Below, piece by piece: positions 29,401 through 41,466 of a stretch of DNA of 64,000 nt. The stretch lies in contig FLMG01004002.1 in NCBI GenBank assembly GCA_900088475.1, positions 54,402 through 118,401 on the forward strand. Reading direction: 5' to 3'. Below the pieces are notes generated by a model. That model had not been told where the DNA came from. It ran no database searches and saw only the letters and a list, made by a program, of their open reading frames with translations. Within the stretch, counting starts at the first letter, position 1, and every line of letters begins with the position of its first letter. Source of the DNA: Hyphochytrium catenoides (taxonomy: Eukaryota; Protista; Hyphochytriomycota). The position numbers were made by a program, and so were the translations under genes.

Positions 29401-32400
29401 CTGAGGTCTGGAGAGCTCGACTTGATGAATGGCAGGCTAACCTTCAAGACCTCCTTCTCCAGTCAAGCATAGGGAATGCGGGAAAGACCGAACAAAGTGC
29501 TGATGAGATCGAGGCAGCGAGTGAAGAAGACCCAGAGGAAGAGTTTTTAGAGCTAAAAGAAGCTATAAGCTCTACTACTTTCCCCCTTGGTTTTCCCTAT
29601 TTCGAGTTGTACCGGTTTCTGGAACTCGTTCGGGCTCACAGTCACATTGTGACGCTCTCGAACGATAGGACCAGCGCAGCTTTTAGTCGAAGACAAAGCC
29701 TTCAGAATCAACTTTTAGCAGAGACTGAGTCGTGTGAGATTGTTCAAACCAAATTGGCACGGTGGATCCAGCCAAGCGTAGGCGGGAAGGACCCGCTAAT
29801 AGAGGCAATACCTCTAGAGAGAATGACCGACTCTCCATATGTCATCCAGGTATGGCGCCGGAGATTAAAGCAGTGGACGGAAAGACTCCTCGAGGCTAAA
29901 CAGGCGGACCTCACGCTGAAGACCTCGCCACATCAGTCCCTCTCTACCAGTTATTCCGTAGACACAGTTTATGGTGGACCGTCGTATGAGTCAGATGGAA
30001 GCTTCTTGGCTCCCTTCCTCCAGCAAGATGTCGTCCCCCTCAAGTTTCTCCAGCTGTTACAGCTAGCTACTCGGCTAGGAGTTGACGTATGGAAGTGGTT
30101 CCAGAAGTTTGACTCCTCTGGTGCCGGGCTTTTGTCTGTGGATAAGTTCATACCCGCTGTTGTTTCGTTAGGAGTATACATTCAACCCATCAACCCATCC
30201 AACAGTAAACTAACAATGGACGAGGACGTCCTTCAGAGGATCCTCCTTGATTTCGATTGTCTTGGCACGGGACAGGTCCCCTACGCAAGATTGCTGAAGT
30301 TGGTAGGCTTCAGCCCTTACCAGGTAAGAGAGATACATGTTTTCTTTTAAAAAGTATGATTAATTGGAGAGAAAGCTCCAACGGCATTAGAGACCTAATC
30401 AATTGGCATGATGTACATCAGAAGGAACATTTAGCCCACGGTGATGCTGAAGCGACTAATCTAAAGGGCACTCAGATAGGAGACCAAAGCCAACGGCCAA
30501 GACCGTGTCGTAAGCGGAGGATAGGGCCCCAGGAAATAGACGCAAAGCTCCGTCTATGCGCCAAATCCTCTCCTCACAAACTGCTCGAGCTTATGCGAGA
30601 GATGAGGCTCACATCGGCGGACGAAGCTAAGTCAGAAGGAGATCCTGTCAATTCAGTAAAGATAAAGAGGGCATTTGGCAGTGTATTAAGGCTCACACTC
30701 TCTGTTGAGGAGATCAGGGCCTTTTTACGGTGGCTTTCTGACAAAGTGACCCAAAAGCCGGGACCTGAGGCCGCCTCGATTTTAGAAGTAACGAAGTCAA
30801 TGCTGAATCTTGACTCGCACGCTGACGGCACTGCGGAAGGAGGGATAAAATCTATCCAATCCCGCTCCGAGGTGGATTCATTAATACTCTTTGCGTACTT
30901 TCAAAGTCTTCGACACCGGCGAATGATTCCTCTTCAGGAGTGGCTTCAGAACAAAAGAGACGCGAAGAAACAGGAGAGGGATCGCACTCTTCAAGACCTG
31001 CGTCGAGCAGTAGGGGGCCATAGAACCGAGTTATCTGAGGTACAAACTAAAGGATGGTTGGGTAGGCTAGGTCGAATAGACTCTCTTTATTTAGCTAGTG
31101 GCTAAAATGAAGCCTGAAACAGTGCCAAGCCATGTGGGCACCTCTCACAGAACCCTCCCATATCCTGCCCAGGAAGAGATTGATGCCCTTTTAGACGCTG
31201 GGGAGCTCCTCTTGCCCGAAGAGATTGATGAGATTCTAACCTTATATGCCCTGGAATGGCTGCGAGGCCTAGCTGGGCAATCAGCGGTCAGAAAGGTTAT
31301 GGCCAAGTCAACAAGAAAGCCCCACGAAGCCCCGCAGCATGTTGAAGAGTCTGCCAGGTAAGACACTTACTCTGTTTGCCCCTATCCCACTTTGTTCCTG
31401 GTCCTACTCACTGTCTCGCATTGCTAAGGAAAGAGGTTCTTAAGCGCTTTATGGATGAGGCTACAACAGGACACGATGCAAGAACAACCTTGCGTTCCAT
31501 AAAGAAAAAGCTATTTGGACGGTACCAGCGCTCTCAGAAGCTTAAGGGGTCAGGACTTTCGTTTATGGACTGGATTAAAGAGAGAATCGGTACCGTAACA
31601 AGCACGCTAAGCACTATTTTCTTGCATCTCATAAAGGGTATCCTCATAACGTCGGCAATCCAGCTTCTCACATTCATCTCTCTCCTCTACCTTTTGTTAC
31701 CATTCAAGCTGCTGAAAGAAAGATGGAGAGTGAGATAAAAGCCTTTCGAGAGAAGTCTATGGAGGAAAAGAAAATGGATCTAGAATGGGAAAGAGAAGTA
31801 GCTCCCACGCACAAGGTCCACGATAAGCTGCAGTCCCTAATGGTCCGCTCTAAGAGAGAAGCAGCGCATGTAAGATTTTGATGCTGTTTCCTGTACAGTT
31901 CCTACTTAAAAATAGAGGTGCAAAATCTTGGCTAACATCTATCTCGTAGTCCAACTCTATCCTGAGACAGCTGGTCAAACGAGCCACCTTCCGGGCTGGA
32001 GAGGGCACTGCAGATGAAAAGAAGAAGGTTCTATGGTGGGAGAGGTGAGCTTGCTGATCTCTTTGACTTCTCCACGTTCTTGTTATGACCCATTTGTAAC
32101 TGATCAATAGACTAAATGCTGACGGATCCCTAAAGCCCAAGGACGGGACTGGGTCCATCGTGACCAGGAAAGAGTTCTATGAAGTGACACAACAGGTGGC
32201 TTTTTTGGTTTGCTTATCTTCGACTGATGTCTGGAAGGTCTATGACCTCTATGCTTAGAAGGTGCTTGATAGTACTATTCGCCAAAAGAGCTCATCATAC
32301 TCTATACGCCGTGCAGATTCTCTTTTCCATGGCATCCGAACCCCAATGTGTTCAAGCTGCAGGAGGAATCGGTCAGCTTAAGCGACTCCTAAAGCGGCCC

Positions 32401-33212
32401 AGTGAGCTTCAAGTCAACCGGCAAAGTGAAGGATCCATAAGGGAGAAGATTGAGAAGCTCAGAAATGAGCTCTTCACTCCTGATCTGGATGCAGCTGTTC
32501 AAGAAGCCATTGACGCCTTTGAGGATAAGCGGAAAGCAGCGCAAGAAACCGTACGGATATGTCTTTTACGTGCTTCTGGGCGATCTATTTTTTGAGTTTT
32601 TGAGTTCATTTTTTTGGTCAACGCCTCTCGCTGTCTTTACTTGCTTATTACGACTCTATCCTAAACGACAAACTCTCTTTACACAGTTCAACTCTTGGGC
32701 TTTGAAGAAGGAGGAAAAGTCTGTGAAGGCCAAAGCTCTGAGCCACAACAAGGCATTACTGGAAAGAAAATATGAGCTGGAGCAGAGACAGAAGGCCGCG
32801 GAAGCCTATCTCGAATGGAGAACCGCTGCGCAGGCCAGAAAGTAAGTGCATGCCTTACCCGCTTACTACTGTACCTTCCTCTTCAAGGACAGTATGTTTT
32901 TTTAAAGAAGCTAACCTTGGCGTTGCGCTGTCAAGGTATGTTTCCTACAGCAACGACCAGGTTCGCACTCGGCCGAAGGCACAGCCATACCGCCATCCAA
33001 ATCAGTGGTTAGACAACAGCAAAACAAGCCGCCTACACGTGGGCGGCCCAGAATCATCTGTTGCCCTTGCACGTAAGGAGGCTGACTCCCAAAGGGTGAC
33101 AGCTGGGGGGCCAAAGAACGTCAATGCAACAGGCGCCATCCTGACTGAGGCTGATGTGACGGAGTACTTGGACCGAGTGGGTTTCGATTGGATGACGGCT
33201 GATTTCGCTTAA
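26464..33212 (+). CDS. Large protein with an N-terminal TBCC (C-CAP/cofactor C) beta-helix domain, EF-hands and a charged coiled-coil C-terminus; multi-exon
   Basis: Spliced N-terminus MDESDDIERRFDVPDLL..GPLSIIDCRSCRFVCVGSITRCHLVKLVNCEIFVAPCHGDTTVIDGCRGCVLTIATRRAYILNSEDCTVYMYCQLPPILRSSKDIRLGPFN is a TBCC domain. A canonical EF loop DVDHDGAWSSQE lies at ~27846-27881, with a degenerate EF pair near 30100-30290. There is a long exon at ~28410-30323. One gene is assumed from exon continuity. Confidence 0.72.
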
Positions 33213-33286
33213 AAATAAAAGTTCCATTCCAAGGCTAACCGTGATTTATCCTACTTTCCGTTGATTGGCTTCCACCCTTCCTTACA

Positions 33287-33317
33287 CTTGTCATATTATT
33301 TCCTTGTCATATTATTT
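33287..33317. repeat. Short tandem duplication, CTTGTCATATTATTT x2 (16-bp period)
   Basis: Identical 15-mers at 33287-33301 and 33303-33317; the second overlaps the ceramide synthase stop codon. Confidence 0.9.
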
Positions 33318-34850
33318 ACTCTGACTTGGTGACCTCTGTATCAGAGTCAGAAGTACCCTCGTACTCATCCTTCCCAGTCTTATGAGCACCCTTAGTGATT
33401 AGACCGTGCAGCAGCCGGAGAAGTAGGAAGAACCACCAGATGTGCAGCCCTAGGAGCATGAGCAGCAAAAGACAGGCCCAATTCCAAAAGGGCATGTTTG
33501 GGGGATCAGGATTTGAGAATATTTGGCAATTGTGCTCCTCTGCGTGCAGACAGTGATATTCGAGCAGCGCTGACCGGATTACTTTGAACGGGTAGAGGTA
33601 TAGACGAAGCACCAGCCATGACACCAGGGTCAGGACAAAGAAGATCTCTGGGAAGGTGTGAAGAGTTTGTGAGTCAGCTAGCAATATCTGATATGGAAGA
33701 AGCGCAGCGACCATTGCCTAGAAATAGGTTGGCAAACAAGCTTGTAATAAGTACTATAGCAGCTGAACAAAAAGAGTACAAGTGCCAATGGTATACCTCC
33801 ACCCGGCGCACTCCTACTATACTCCATGCATATCTTACCAGTCAAAAAGAGGCCTCTCAGGCCCTCCAACTTTAGCAGGTTAAAGAGCTTGAGGCAGTCA
33901 ATAAATATATCCGAAGTATCGTGGAGAAGAAGGACTAGCAGTCCGATCCTAAGGTATCCGTTATAGTACGATCCGCCCACCAGTAGCGTGGTTATCAGGT
34001 GGTGGGACATCATGACAACGTAATCCTTCTTCCTGTCCTCTAAGTATCGAGTTGAAAACCCCATATAGATATAGACAGCCTGCTCACAATACCGTCAGGA
34101 TACCGAGACCGTTACCGCGGGAGGACGCAAAAGGGTAGATTAAATGAGAGGAGAATAGAGTAAAGAGGCTGGAGAGTACTCGGTGCGCGAGGTCTCACCA
34201 ATTGTGCAAGATAAAACAACCGAAGCCCCTCACTGTGGGTCTGGTCACGAGGGTGTGGACGCCAACCTGTGGTCATAAGTACGGATTATGTTCAGTCAGC
34301 CCAGGGATCAATGAGAGTAAGCGAATCAGGGCATAAGGACCCAGCGCTCTGGTAGAAGAGTGAAACGACGCTTAACTTGAATATGGCAAGCCAACCATGT
34401 AAGGGTAGTAACAGACAAGAGGAGAGAGCAGGTCGCAGATAAAGACTCACAGAGTGTCGTGTCGTTCCACCAGTCTTCTTCCGATAAGATATAGAGCTCG
34501 GCCAAGGAGAAGGACGTGTGAAGAAACAGCTGCCAGCCTTGGTCGCTAAATTTCCGACGTGGTCTGACCTTTGCCAGAGGGTCATTGAATGGCGCGGAGC
34601 GGAGTAAGGTAGCGGAGAAGTAACCCCCAACTACCTCCATCGAGTATCGTGCGACTCTGATCAAAATAGCTGTGAAGAGGACCATACCACCTAGCTCTGC
34701 GAGAGAGGTCAGACTGTTGCGAAACATTGCCACCACGAGTGCAACTTCGGTCCAATAGGTGCTGGTGAGGATAAAATCCAGCCATAATGGCACCTTCACG
34801 GCACTTGAGAGGTTCTGCTGCTTTGAGCGCGCTGCCCTTTTCATTGCCAT
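33316..34850 (-). CDS. Ceramide synthase (LAG1/CerS, TLC domain); multi-exon
   Basis: RKFSDQGWQLFLH, LFYLAQL, the Lag1 motif RKKDYVVMMSHH...LLLHDTSDIFIDCLKLFN, WLVLRLYLYPF, LHIWWFFLLLR and an acidic tail DEYEGTSDSD. The start could lie further upstream (34928, or an exon at 35204). Confidence 0.93.
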
Positions 34851-35763
34851 CCTTGGTCCACTGCACGTTGTGGCGTGTGGCGCACACTTTGTTCCTCTGT
34901 AAGAGTCGGGCTCCAATACCTCATTCAAGCTGCTCCCTAACGTACGCCCTGAAGCTCAAGCGTCAAAAGCAGCAGGGCTGTTGCCTCCAGAGCGATGAGA
35001 CTGCCTTTAGCTGCTAGCAAGCAAGAGGTGGGTCCGTCGTATGCCTGTGGATGACTCGATGACCGATGACGCGCCAACCCCAAACAGCCCTTCGATCTCA
35101 ACACTCGAGGCAGAAATGACGGACGGGGGAAAGAGAAAGGGGAAGAAGCCAGTCACCTTAGCCTTTTGAACGTCCAAGAAGAGACAGATCCAGGGCGAGC
35201 CCATAGCAGCATAGCAGAGGAGAGAGGTTGGAAGGACAAAGGGAAGGACAGAGGGGGACAGTCACTCTTCCCTCCATGACAATCCTGGAGGAACTTTGAG
35301 CTGGACTACATCTCTCGATTACCACCGAGAGGTTATAAGTGGTTATTTACATTTGATAATCTCTCAAATAAATCAATGATTCTGGAGCTGTTGGGGTTCA
35401 AGCGGCAAAGCGGGCAATTCGAAATTCTGGAGTGGTGTTGTTACGGCATAGAGAGCCAAAGGAACGAGACAGAGGCGGGAAAGAGGTGTGAACGAGATTC
35501 ACAGACAAGAGAGTGAGGTCCTTCGAGACAGAGTAGGTAGGGAGACATGAAAGAGAGATCTCTTTTTGGGGTCATTCTTTAGCAGTTGGGCATTCCCAAT
35601 GTGATGCCATATCACCAGACTCCTTTCTCCCTGGCTACCCTGATGATGACACTCTAAGAGACATTCAGAGTCTGGAGATTTGGAGACTCTCAACTGATAT
35701 CTGATTGCACCAAGTGTTAGCGTCAAGGGCCGCAAGACTGACGCGGGAGAATCTAAGCGATCA

Positions 35764-37001
35764 ATGACAAGTTCTATTGATAAAAAGCTCTTCGGCTTCC
35801 GGCCGACGGACTTCATAGATGAGAGTGAGTATCTTTCAGATATAAAGCCCGCCTCAGGCTGACCTTCTTTGGCAGTATATAGCATCGTGGATATTGCTTT
35901 GTCCTCTGGCATTGAGTCCTGGGAGCGTAAAACTCTCAAGGTTAGTAGCCTTCTATCTTCTATGCTAACTCCCCTAAGGCGCTCAATGCTCGCAGAGAGA
36001 GAATGAGAATGCAAGAGACAACTCGGGTGTCAAACAGGTGAGTGAGATATACGTGGTTTCAGAGCTTATTCGTCGCCTAAAGTCATGATCTTCATAGGCT
36101 CACGATGCCTTCATCCGGAGAGTAAGAGCTGTTTTTGACAAGAATTTCGATAAATTTGAGATGTACCTTCTGCGTAATATCTTCAACGTTCCTTTTGAAC
36201 TCAGCGACGCCGAGGTGGGTTGTATTTCCTGTGGTACCTGGGCCTCTCAATCTAAGCCTAAAGCCTCTCATAGACTCAGGCTGGCATAGAAGAGCTCCTC
36301 ACTGCTGGGGACCTTAATACGCCAGCGAGCGATGAGGATGAGGCTAAGCTCGATCAGGAAATCTTGGCGCTGCATGCAAAACTCCAAAAGGTGAGCGCTA
36401 GATTTTGACACAATGAATCGCTAGGTGACCATAGTCGTTTCCAGTCTCAAAAAAAGAATACCGAACTAAGAGGAGAGAGTGCGATTCTCAACCGAAACCT
36501 AACAAGGTTCAACAGTGGGGTGGACTCGCTGAAAGCTGCCACGAGCGTTCTAACCGCTAAGGAAGGTATCTGACAGTCGCTCTTTCTACCTTGACTATCA
36601 ACTAAAACGGAGCTCTTCTAGGGGTAACTAGCGTCACGGAAAAGTTCAGTCGTTCTATTAGTGAATCCAGACTCTTAGAGACTGCCCTGCAGAGAATGGA
36701 AGGTAAGGAAGGGGTTTTACCCACGTGATCGACAAGGCTAAAACATCTGAGCCTGAACATCTATTCAGCTCTCAAGCATCACTTATCCCAGCTGCAAGTC
36801 GTCGACGAGGAGGTTGACGGTATGCTGTCCTTAGCACTTTCCTATCCACTTCACCGCTCTCACCATAGCTGTTTGGTCTTAGCAGAATTTCAACTGCTTC
36901 TAAATACGTTTGAAAAGCGCACGAAGGAGTTGGGTTGCTCCAATACCGAGCCCATAAACGCCTGGCTGAGCCTACTTACAAGGACAGCCTCGGCCTCATG
37001 A
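35764..37001 (+). CDS. MIS12: Kinetochore protein Mis12; about 8 short exons
   Basis: Manual splicing gives MTSSIDKKLFGFRPTDFIDE|IYSIVDIALSSGIESWERKTLK|...|AHDAFIRRVRAVFDKNFDKFEMYLLRNIFNVP, which contains both Mis12 signature blocks, followed by coiled-coil exons. TGA at 36999-37001. Confidence 0.85.
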
Positions 37002-37409
37002 CCTCACTTTCTTCCCGTAACAATCGACATTTACCCTTGCGGCTTGTCCGGACCAATCGTGTTGTTGGACGCGTAAGAGTGTCCACAGACGGCACCGACT
37101 GCCTTACTTCTTTCTGCCCATGTAATTTGATTAACCAACTTGTTGATGCACATTCTACATCAATTCCTCCTTACACCGAGCCAGCGGAGGTAACACGGAC
37201 CCGGTCTATGTAAAATATTTATAACTTCTTTCTGAAGTCTCCAGTCGTTAGGGTGTTAGACATCCGATCGAGGGACAAGCCTTTCGGTGAGGAGTCAGGC
37301 GCAGCAGCGATGAGGAACAGAGGCTGTATGGACACCGTATATCAGAGGTGAAAGGAGGGAGCTGGAACTATTCTCTTTCATTTTCCACGAGCCAATACCA
37401 GTGCCTGTC

Positions 37410-39146
37410 TTAGGCTGGGTCGCCTTCAGTGCTATGTGTTGATAGCACCTGTAGTAAGTACCAGAGAGAATACGGCACGAAGTAAGAGCCAGCCAAGATC
37501 ACCGTCAGAGCGAGCAGAACGATATTCCTCTGGCAGTGGTAAAAGGAACTCCAGGCATCTAGGACTGGCACCTTGTTCCACTGCAGAAGACACATTAAGG
37601 CTAAGGTCTGCGATAGGTTGATAAGCAACTCAAATGAGAGCTGTCGTCCTACTTCGTAGACCAGAGCATCTTGAAGTAGGGCCTCTTGCAAGTAGTATAC
37701 GAATGACTCAGGCTTGGAAACAAGGCCCTCGTCGTCTTTGAGTCCAAGCCATTGCGCTCGCTCGGATATCCGAAGAGCAGCCCGCGACATCATCTTGGCG
37801 CAGTTCGAAAAGCCAATCGCAATAAAGGAGGAAGCTAGACTTCCGTATGCAGTGTAGATCCAAATGGTGAAGATCGTCCGCACCTTCCTTGTCGCCTCTT
37901 CTTCCTCCGCTTTGTTTTTGCCACTAACATTGGCAGTGCCCTGGTCAGCTAAGGTTGCCCCTTTAAAGCTTTGCTGCTGACTCCTTGGGCCATCAAACGG
38001 TACGACGGGAGAAGTGGAGTTGCTAGAGATTGAGATATCTTTTGACGTTACCCTGCCGGGAATGACGTGCCTTGAGATGACCGGGATGCTCCACCGTAGA
38101 TTAGTGTAGAAATCCTCACCGGTTCTCACAATGCTCACCGCCAGAGACTGTCTTTTTGACTCTCTTGATGGCCTGCGGAAGACTTTTGCCCCTGCTACAG
38201 TGTCATTGAAGGCAACAGAGACAACCCCAAGCAGTGAAAGAAAGCCCGACAGCCATGTCAATCCTATGACAGACTTGCTGGCAGAGTTAAGAACACGCTG
38301 GGCGCAAGAGAACAAACACTGCGCAAGCGCGATGGTGGCAAACCAACTTGTCTTCCTTACAAAGGTCCCTCCCTGGGGAGATGTGCTCCTTCCAGACGAC
38401 GAACTTGGATCGGTGAACAAATCAGCGTAAAACCTCTCCTGCGTGAGCGTGTAACCCTGAAGCCTAAGAAGCGTCTGAGCCACAAGCGAGACGATAGGCA
38501 CTGCAAAACCTGAGATGAGGAAGCCAGTTAGGCTGTCTCCCATATGAAGCGTTAGAGGAAAGACGACAAACTCAAAAAATTGTGAGCCTATGATAGGCAC
38601 AAGAGATCCAGCGATGACCATTGAGAGGAGCCTTCTTCGAGAAAGCTTGCTTGAAGGCGGTTTTTCCTCCAAAAGAGCACAGGCAAAGTAGTAGCACTCC
38701 AAGAGCAGCATGAGACAAAATAATGCCTGGCCGTAGGCCCGATTATCTCTCTCCATATAGTAGACGCTGACGAGGCCTAGAGCGCCTTGGGCAACAATGC
38801 TTACAAAGAGATTGGCAGGAACAAGCCACCGAGGAAAAACCCCTCTCCAATCATTTGTGGCACAGAGCATACCCACGAGGGGCCATAAGCCAATGAAAGG
38901 GTTAAGAACCAGGGGCCGATAGAAGACTCTAATCCCATAGCCGGAGCTAAGAAGTTCAGCGGTAGTCGCACATCTTTCGTGCAGCTGACGGTCACAATAG
39001 GGGTAGTAGTGCATGGACATAAAAATCAGACTGGACAATGCGAAGCAAGAGGCGAAACCATGTAGAGCCATGAGCAAGCCGAAGGCGGCTATGCCAAGTA
39101 ATGTAACAAAGTAAGAGGAGCGAGACTGCTGTCCCTGCTCCGTCAT
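37410..39146 (-). CDS. Intronless multi-pass membrane protein (578 aa, ~11 TM), unknown family; paralog of 41467-43296
   Basis: Single long ATG-to-stop ORF with about 11 hydrophobic segments and strong block conservation with the neighbouring paralog. Confidence 0.85.
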   Translation of the reverse strand: MTEQGQQSRSSYFVTLLGIAAFGLLMALHGFASCFALSSLIFMSMHYYPYCDRQLHERCATTAELLSSGYGIRVFYRPLVLNPFIGLWPLVGMLCATNDWRGVFPRWLVPANLFVSIVAQGALGLVSVYYMERDNRAYGQALFCLMLLLECYYFACALLEEKPPSSKLSRRRLLSMVIAGSLVPIIGSQFFEFVVFPLTLHMGDSLTGFLISGFAVPIVSLVAQTLLRLQGYTLTQERFYADLFTDPSSSSGRSTSPQGGTFVRKTSWFATIALAQCLFSCAQRVLNSASKSVIGLTWLSGFLSLLGVVSVAFNDTVAGAKVFRRPSRESKRQSLAVSIVRTGEDFYTNLRWSIPVISRHVIPGRVTSKDISISSNSTSPVVPFDGPRSQQQSFKGATLADQGTANVSGKNKAEEEEATRKVRTIFTIWIYTAYGSLASSFIAIGFSNCAKMMSRAALRISERAQWLGLKDDEGLVSKPESFVYYLQEALLQDALVYEVGRQLSFELLINLSQTLALMCLLQWNKVPVLDAWSSFYHCQRNIVLLALTVILAGSYFVPYSLWYLLQVLSTHSTEGDPA

Positions 39147-40869
39147 GATACTGAGGGTTCAATCTGTGTGACCTCCTTTAGAATGCTACGGAGTATATAG
39201 CTCTTCCGCAGCTTCCTCCGCGGTCTGCAATCAAGACCTCCGTCTCGGTGTTGTTGTTACATTGCCGCTTTGAACTGACTGAGGAGGGCAATAATGCTGA
39301 TGGACCATAAGGAATAGGCAGCTTTCTTTGGTGGTGTGCTTCTCCACTATGTCTACTTGACAATGATGATCATGATTGTCATCATCTGGAACGATGGAGT
39401 TCAATCAACACCTGCTCAATCACATGCTGGAGGATGGGTACAGGCAGTAGTTCAAGTCTAGGCCCTCGAACTAATCAAACTCGCTCTCCGCGTGATCTTG
39501 ATTCACAAAGTCTTCCTTCCACCTACTAGGTGGCTGCCTTCATCGTCGCTCATCATCAAGTTCTTCTGTTGTTATTCTGCAGAGACTGACTGAGGAGGAT
39601 GCTCTTAAGGATGAGACGGGAGGAAGGAGGGAGACTTTCGACACCCGCCAGCACCCAGGAGAGTGCGCAGCAGTACGTGTCAAGTGAGATCCCCAGCGCG
39701 AGTCGTGCACATCCTTAGCCACAAACACCAAGGAAGCAGCACCGCACGCCGTAGGTCCTGTGAGGGTAGGAAGCGCACCCAATAACCTCTACATCATGGC
39801 AGTAATAACGCCTGTAACGGATTACCTGACGGTCACTTCCAAATATATTATGTCCGTTATACACTACGATAGAAAAGCCAAGGATCCTCTTTATAATAAG
39901 GCTGTGTATTATTATGGAGGACTATCAACTACCGTTTTGCAAGGATAATAGTAGAGTGGACGCTGCGGGACTGCTGCCTGCGACAGTGCTGAGACGATGT
40001 GGATATGCAGTGCAATGTACTAGAAGAAGTGAAGCTAAGAGCCGCCAGACAGCTGTAGTTGCCTCCTTCTGTTGTCCCAAACGTCTGCCGCCTCGATCGC
40101 TGGTAGGGCTGATGATATCACTACTAACTAGAGCCGTTCTTTGTTACTCCTCCTCCTTCCTTTTTTTATGGATGTTGTCTTTGTGTCCCTCGATAGATGG
40201 TCTCACACGATATGTCTCTACTCTCGTCGCCGTGGCTGACAGTTTCAAGGTTGCTGTTGCTCCCATCATTTGGCGTCGTCTCCTCTCATCATGTAGATCG
40301 CTTCTTCTTCTTCGTCATCATCGCTCCATTCGCTCCTTTCCTCGTCTCCTCTCAATCAGCACACCACAGATAGAAGACAACATTTGCAACTCATCCTCGG
40401 CTTCCCGGTACTGGCCCCTTCTCTCCCTCCCTAGTTGTGGACGGTTAGCACTGGAGGCAGGTTCTTATCATCCTTTTTCATTTCAAGCCTCTTGCCATGG
40501 CTACAGCTTCTGTCATCTATGTACATGAAGGCTATCGTGGTGGGGTGGCCGGTGGTAGAAAGATGATACACAAGAACAGGGATGACCAGCCTCCTCCTTG
40601 CTACTATTACTCTTGCTGGCAGATTAACATGGCAATAAGAGGCGCCTTATTCTTTCTCCAGAGTCAGCAGCAAGAGGAACGATCACTTCTCTCCTTCATT
40701 GAACTTGTTTGTCCATTATATCTGCTGCTTCAAACCGCCGCTATTACCACTATCCGTAATACTACCTACTTCTTCTCCTGCTTTGTACTGGTCAATAGCC
40801 AGAGTACGGTAGCAGGGCAGTAAGGAGCGAAAGAGAACATTGGAAGGATAATGTAATAGGTCTCTCCCC

Positions 40870-40916
40870 CAGCAGCAGCAGCAGCAGCAGCAGCTCATAA
40901 GCAGCAGCAGCTCATA
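40870..40916. repeat. (CAG)8 microsatellite followed by a duplicated GCAGCAGCAGCTCATA
   Basis: Directly visible. Confidence 0.9.
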
Positions 40917-41466
40917 GTAGTGCCCATCTTCCGCTGCGTTAGAAGGACTAGGAGGTGAGGTTTACTGCAATAGTGTATACGTGACCCGGCGGTTATTACT
41001 TCTGAGTTTGTCTGAGTCATCTTCAGCATAGCCTTAAAGCGCATGTTCTCGAAATCCAGCGATGTCAAGAATGGAACTGCTCTTATCTAACACTTAGACT
41101 ATTGCCCTGCTCAGCATTCGGAATTATACTGGCCTCCTCCTCTTGGCTTCGCCGCTCCTCCGTATCATCCGGTAGGAGTCGTTTGTTTGCTTAGGGCATC
41201 GGCCGGGCAGATAGTGTACAAAGTGCGATCAGTTGGGGGCCACAGGAGCCTTCAGTCGATCAACTTGCGGTCACGAATTGTTAAACAAATAATAGCGGAC
41301 ATGCCTCTGTGAGTGCTCCACATCAGGGCGAGACAAACAACCTGGAGTCGCTCCCACATAAGTTGCCGAAAGAAAATCTGTCAGTCTAAGATGATGTCTC
41401 AGCAATACGCACGCTAAACTACCGTCAACAAGCGCCCTTCTCTTCGATTCTCACCAACTGTCAAGG

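Noticed and set aside
35499-36014. 171-aa minus-strand ORF
   Set aside because: It has a non-ATG start and no motif, and it is antisense to MIS12 exons and promoter.
39815-39921. Two short imperfect hairpins separated by an ANANNA box (H/ACA snoRNA-like)
   Set aside because: The stems are short and AT-rich and there is no ACA tail; unsupported without an Infernal search or small-RNA data.
39914-40898. 204-aa and neighbouring ORFs between the membrane-protein paralogs
   Set aside because: They are low-complexity Ser/Leu/Arg/Cys translations of pyrimidine-rich and CAG DNA, with no motif and no similarity to the paralogs.
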